Part shown: positions 60,859 through 64,000 of the stretch, piece by piece
Numbering within the stretch: position 1 is the stretch's first letter
Layout of the letters: each line of letters begins with the position of its first letter
From: Syntrophales bacterium
GTDB lineage: Bacteria; Desulfobacterota; Syntrophia; Syntrophales; UBA2210
DNA length: 64,000 nucleotides
NCBI GenBank assembly: GCA_963662405.2
Contig: CAXXKT010000001.1
Span: 2,080,001 to 2,144,000, forward strand
Direction of reading: 5' to 3'
Made by a program: the position numbers and the translations under genes
The notes under the pieces: model-generated
Told to the model about the DNA's origin: nothing
Databases searched by the model: none
Seen by the model: the letters and a program-made list of their open reading frames with translations, nothing else

Positions 60859-61359
60859 TCACACGGTTTCTTCCAGGAGTGTCACCTCGTCCCGGCTCAG
60901 GATACGGTCGATGTCGAGGAGGATCTTGACCGACCCCTCGATCTTCGCCATCCCCAGGATAAAGTCGCTGTCGAAGCGCGTCCCGAAGGTCGGCGTCTCT
61001 TCGATATCGCCCGCCTTGATGTTCAGGACCTCCGAAACACCATCCACGATGATCCCGATCTGGATCCGGCCCCGCCGGTTCGTTACCTCAACCACGATGA
61101 TGCAGGTCCGCTCCGTGTAGGCCAACTCCTCCATCCCGAACTTCAACCTGAGGTCCACCACGGGGATCACCTTCCCCCGAAGATTGATCACACCCTTGAT
61201 AAAGGACGGGGTCTGCGGTACCGAGGTCACCGTCATCATCCCGATAATCTCCTTCACCTTCAGGATACCGATCCCATATTCCTCGCCGGACAAGGAGAAG
61301 GTGAGGTATTTCCCTTCCTGTGCCATCTCTTTCCGGGTCGTTTCCGTCTGTTCGCTCAT
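60859..61359 (-). CDS. cheW: Chemotaxis adaptor CheW
   Basis: YLTF, GVINLRGKVIPVVDLR, VDGVSEV. Confidence 0.96.
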   Translation of the reverse strand: MSEQTETTRKEMAQEGKYLTFSLSGEEYGIGILKVKEIIGMMTVTSVPQTPSFIKGVINLRGKVIPVVDLRLKFGMEELAYTERTCIIVVEVTNRRGRIQIGIIVDGVSEVLNIKAGDIEETPTFGTRFDSDFILGMAKIEGSVKILLDIDRILSRDEVTLLEETV

Positions 61360-61374
61360 CAGGTCACCTCCTCT

Positions 61375-63318
61375 CTAAAAGTCACGGAACTCGCCGTCAT
61401 CCAGGGGAATGACCTGATTCGGGCTCACCTCTCGCTTCCGCGCGGAGAGGGCAACATCCCGCACCGAGGTGGGGAGGGGCTTCGCCGCGGATCGCGAGGA
61501 TCGCTGCACCCGCCGCATCTCGACGCCACCGTCGCCGTTGTGGCCGCCCGCACCGTCGCCACCGATGGCCGCCAGGAGCTGAGCGGCAATATCCTTCAGC
61601 TGGGCCGCCTGGGCATTCATCTCTTCCGAGGCGGAGGCGCTCTCTTCCGCGTTCGCGGCATTCTGCTGGGTCACCTTGTCCATCTCGCCGATCGCCTTGT
61701 TCACCTGGTCGATCCCCTGCGCCTGCTCAGACGACGCCGCGGCAATCTCTCCCACCAGTTGCCCCACCTTGGCGCTGCTCTTCGTCACCTCTTCGAAGGC
61801 CGTATTGGTCTTCTCCACCAGCTCCGAGCCTTCCTTGATCTTCTTCACCGACCCTTCGATCAGGTCCGCCGTGTTCTTCGCCGCCTCGGCCGCCCGCATC
61901 GCCAGGTTCCGTACCTCGTCGGCCACCACCGCGAATCCCGCGCCCGCCTCGCCCGCCCGGGCCGCCTCAACCGCCGCGTTCAGGGCCAGAAGGTTCGTCT
62001 GGAAGGCAATCTCGTCGATCGTCTTGATGATCTTCGAGGTCTCCTCGCTCGCGTGGGAGATCTCTCCCATAGAGCCGGTCAGTTCCGTCATCGACTGGTC
62101 GGCCCGGATCACCACCTGGTTGGCCTCCTTCATCAGACCGTCCGCCTGACCGGCGTTGTCCGCGTTCTGACGCGTCATGGACGATATCTCCTCCAGGGAT
62201 GACGAGGTCTCTTCGATCGCCGAGGCGGACTCCGCCGACCCCTCCGCCAGGGACTGACTCGCCGACGAGACCTGGGTCGAGGCCGCGGCCACCTGGTCAG
62301 CCGCGCTGTTCAGCATCGCCACCGCCTCCGTGATCGGACGGGTGAGGCTCCGGGAAAAGTAGAACACGGCGAGGATGGTCAACGCCAGAAAGATCCCGCC
62401 GATAAGCAGGATGAAGTCCCGCATGGAACGCGCCGCGGCGAGAAACTCCGCCTCGTCCTGCGTGGCGCAGACGGACCAGCCCGTCAGTTTCACCGGGGCA
62501 AAGGCAGATATCTTATCGACCCCCTTGAAGGTATACGATTCGGTACCGGTCTGCTGCGCCAGCGCCCGTTCCGCAATTATTTCCATCCCTTTCATGTCCT
62601 TCATGTTTGTTTTCAAAACGAGATCTTTATTGGGATGAGCAATAACCCAACCTTCCTTGTTGACCAGGAACGGGTATCCGGTCTCACCAAGCTTGATGTT
62701 CGTGATATTCTCGGACAAGAAATTGATACTCATGGTCGCTCCAGTGGCACCGATTATCTTCCCGTCTTGAGAATACACAGGAGCACAGATGGGAACCACG
62801 GGATTACCAGTTGACTTTGAAATGATCACATTACCGATATTTATCTTTCCCGCCAGCGCCGTCTGGACATAACCCCGGCTCGCCAGTGAGAGGCCGATAA
62901 GGCTCTTTTCGCTCGATCCGGCAAGGACGACACCACTCGTGTCGACGAGGTAAAGATTTTCGTAATCACTTCCCAGTTTCTTTATCGTAGTTCGCAGGGT
63001 ATTCCCCGCTCTTACCATTTCATCAAACTCAGCCGCATCGGTGGCGGTGACACCCCGATCGGCAATCGTGGTCGCTGCTTCAACCAATACCTCATTAAGG
63101 GACAGTTGCGAGATGACCTTGATTTCCTCCGCCATGACCAGCTCAGCCATGGCGGCGGTATCCGTGGCGACATTCACCGCCCGTTCCTTCGAAATAGTTT
63201 CGAGGGCGCCCGATGACTTCATAATCGAAAACAACCCGACAACCAGGAGGGGAATCAGCACAACGACGATTCCTCCCGTAACAAGCTTGAAACCCAGTGA
63301 TTTTCTCTTCATACCCAT
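61375..63318 (-). CDS. Methyl-accepting chemotaxis protein with Cache domain
   Basis: GETGYPFLV...IAHP Cache motif; MCP signalling hairpin. Confidence 0.95.
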   Translation of the reverse strand: MGMKRKSLGFKLVTGGIVVVLIPLLVVGLFSIMKSSGALETISKERAVNVATDTAAMAELVMAEEIKVISQLSLNEVLVEAATTIADRGVTATDAAEFDEMVRAGNTLRTTIKKLGSDYENLYLVDTSGVVLAGSSEKSLIGLSLASRGYVQTALAGKINIGNVIISKSTGNPVVPICAPVYSQDGKIIGATGATMSINFLSENITNIKLGETGYPFLVNKEGWVIAHPNKDLVLKTNMKDMKGMEIIAERALAQQTGTESYTFKGVDKISAFAPVKLTGWSVCATQDEAEFLAAARSMRDFILLIGGIFLALTILAVFYFSRSLTRPITEAVAMLNSAADQVAAASTQVSSASQSLAEGSAESASAIEETSSSLEEISSMTRQNADNAGQADGLMKEANQVVIRADQSMTELTGSMGEISHASEETSKIIKTIDEIAFQTNLLALNAAVEAARAGEAGAGFAVVADEVRNLAMRAAEAAKNTADLIEGSVKKIKEGSELVEKTNTAFEEVTKSSAKVGQLVGEIAAASSEQAQGIDQVNKAIGEMDKVTQQNAANAEESASASEEMNAQAAQLKDIAAQLLAAIGGDGAGGHNGDGGVEMRRVQRSSRSAAKPLPTSVRDVALSARKREVSPNQVIPLDDGEFRDF

Positions 63319-63440
63319 GTGTCTCTGTTCCCCTATTCTACTCTATATTCTCCACCCATATGACAGATCGTGCTCCGGAGCCAACCGATATGGAATGCAG
63401 TTTCAATGGAGATCTGGTCTGATGACATTCCCATTCCTCT

Positions 63441-63474
63441 TTTCGGACGTTGCATTGGTTTTCTTTAGTGCATA
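63441..63474 (-). promoter_or_regulatory. sigma28-like promoter, identical 34-bp block copy 2
   Basis: Exact repeat of 60443-60476, upstream of MCP-cheW. Confidence 0.6.
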
Positions 63475-63635
63475 GCGCTGAGCGCGACATGTCTTTGAAT
63501 AACTAGCCGATTAGAAAGGTAAATAACGGGTGTGAGCCGTGTCATTCCGATGTCGTTGCCGGGGATGGGTGTGTTGTCTCCATGGAGTATAGAAGCAGAT
63601 CTATGTGGTCGAATCCAGGAGGCGATGAAATCAGG

Positions 63636-64000
63636 TCACACGATGGAGGGAATCACCGAATAGAAGATTGAGAAAAAGTGAAAGATGCTACCGGTAAGGA
63701 CGAAACCATGCCAGATCGCATGGTGATAGGGGAGTCTCTTCCATGCGTAAAAGACGATGCCGAGGGTGTAGGCGAGACCGCCCAGGATCAGATAGACGAG
63801 ACCGATTGGTGGGATGGTCGAAATCAGGGGCTTGATAACGGGAACAATCAGCCATCCCATCGCGATGTAGAGGAGGACCGTCAGTGTGTGATGATTACGG
63901 GTCAGCAGAAAGAGCTGGAGAATGGGCCCGATGAGTGTCAGCCCCCAGATCATCACAAAAAAAGACCACCCCAGCGGGCCACGCATGCTGATTATCAGAA
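63636..64000 (-). CDS. Hemolysin III / PAQR-family membrane protein (5' end outside window)
   Basis: LYIAMGW, GGLAYTLG, HAIWHGFV...H. Confidence 0.9.
   Translation of the reverse strand, partial: LIISMRGPLGWSFFVMIWGLTLIGPILQLFLLTRNHHTLTVLLYIAMGWLIVPVIKPLISTIPPIGLVYLILGGLAYTLGIVFYAWKRLPYHHAIWHGFVLTGSIFHFFSIFYSVIPSIV

Noticed and set aside
1..64000. tRNA/rRNA genes, integron integrase, prophage genes
   Set aside because: None recognised by eye; tRNAscan-SE and HMM searches would be needed to exclude them formally.

Overview
A 64-kb chromosomal segment, most likely from an anaerobic delta-proteobacterium (Desulfobacterota/Syntrophales-like; this is inferred from gene content only). Positions 1-9000 form an AT-rich accessory zone. 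It holds a RAYT-type HUH transposase bounded by 26-bp inverted repeats, two MITE derivatives of it, an IS3 nested in one MITE, an IS110, and three attC-like sites delimiting integron-type cassettes that encode HEPN-like proteins. The rest is mostly core metabolism: trpEGDCFBA-tyrA with a WWW attenuator; uup; motAB; a prenyltransferase/radical SAM pair; a corrinoid methyltransferase operon in which a second copy of the IS110 splits one MttB-family gene; aroF-aroB-pheA-aroD-aroE-aroA-aroK-aroC with a Tyr/Trp/Phe-rich attenuator; an FAD oxidoreductase cluster; a hybrid kinase; a c-di-GMP-I riboswitch; and chemotaxis genes. The most striking observation is that the IS110 non-coding left end has a readable bridge-RNA architecture. 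Its target guides spell AAAGGAGTAAACAT, a Shine-Dalgarno sequence plus spacer plus start codon, and both insertion sites fit this pattern. All calls were made by eye, without database searches.
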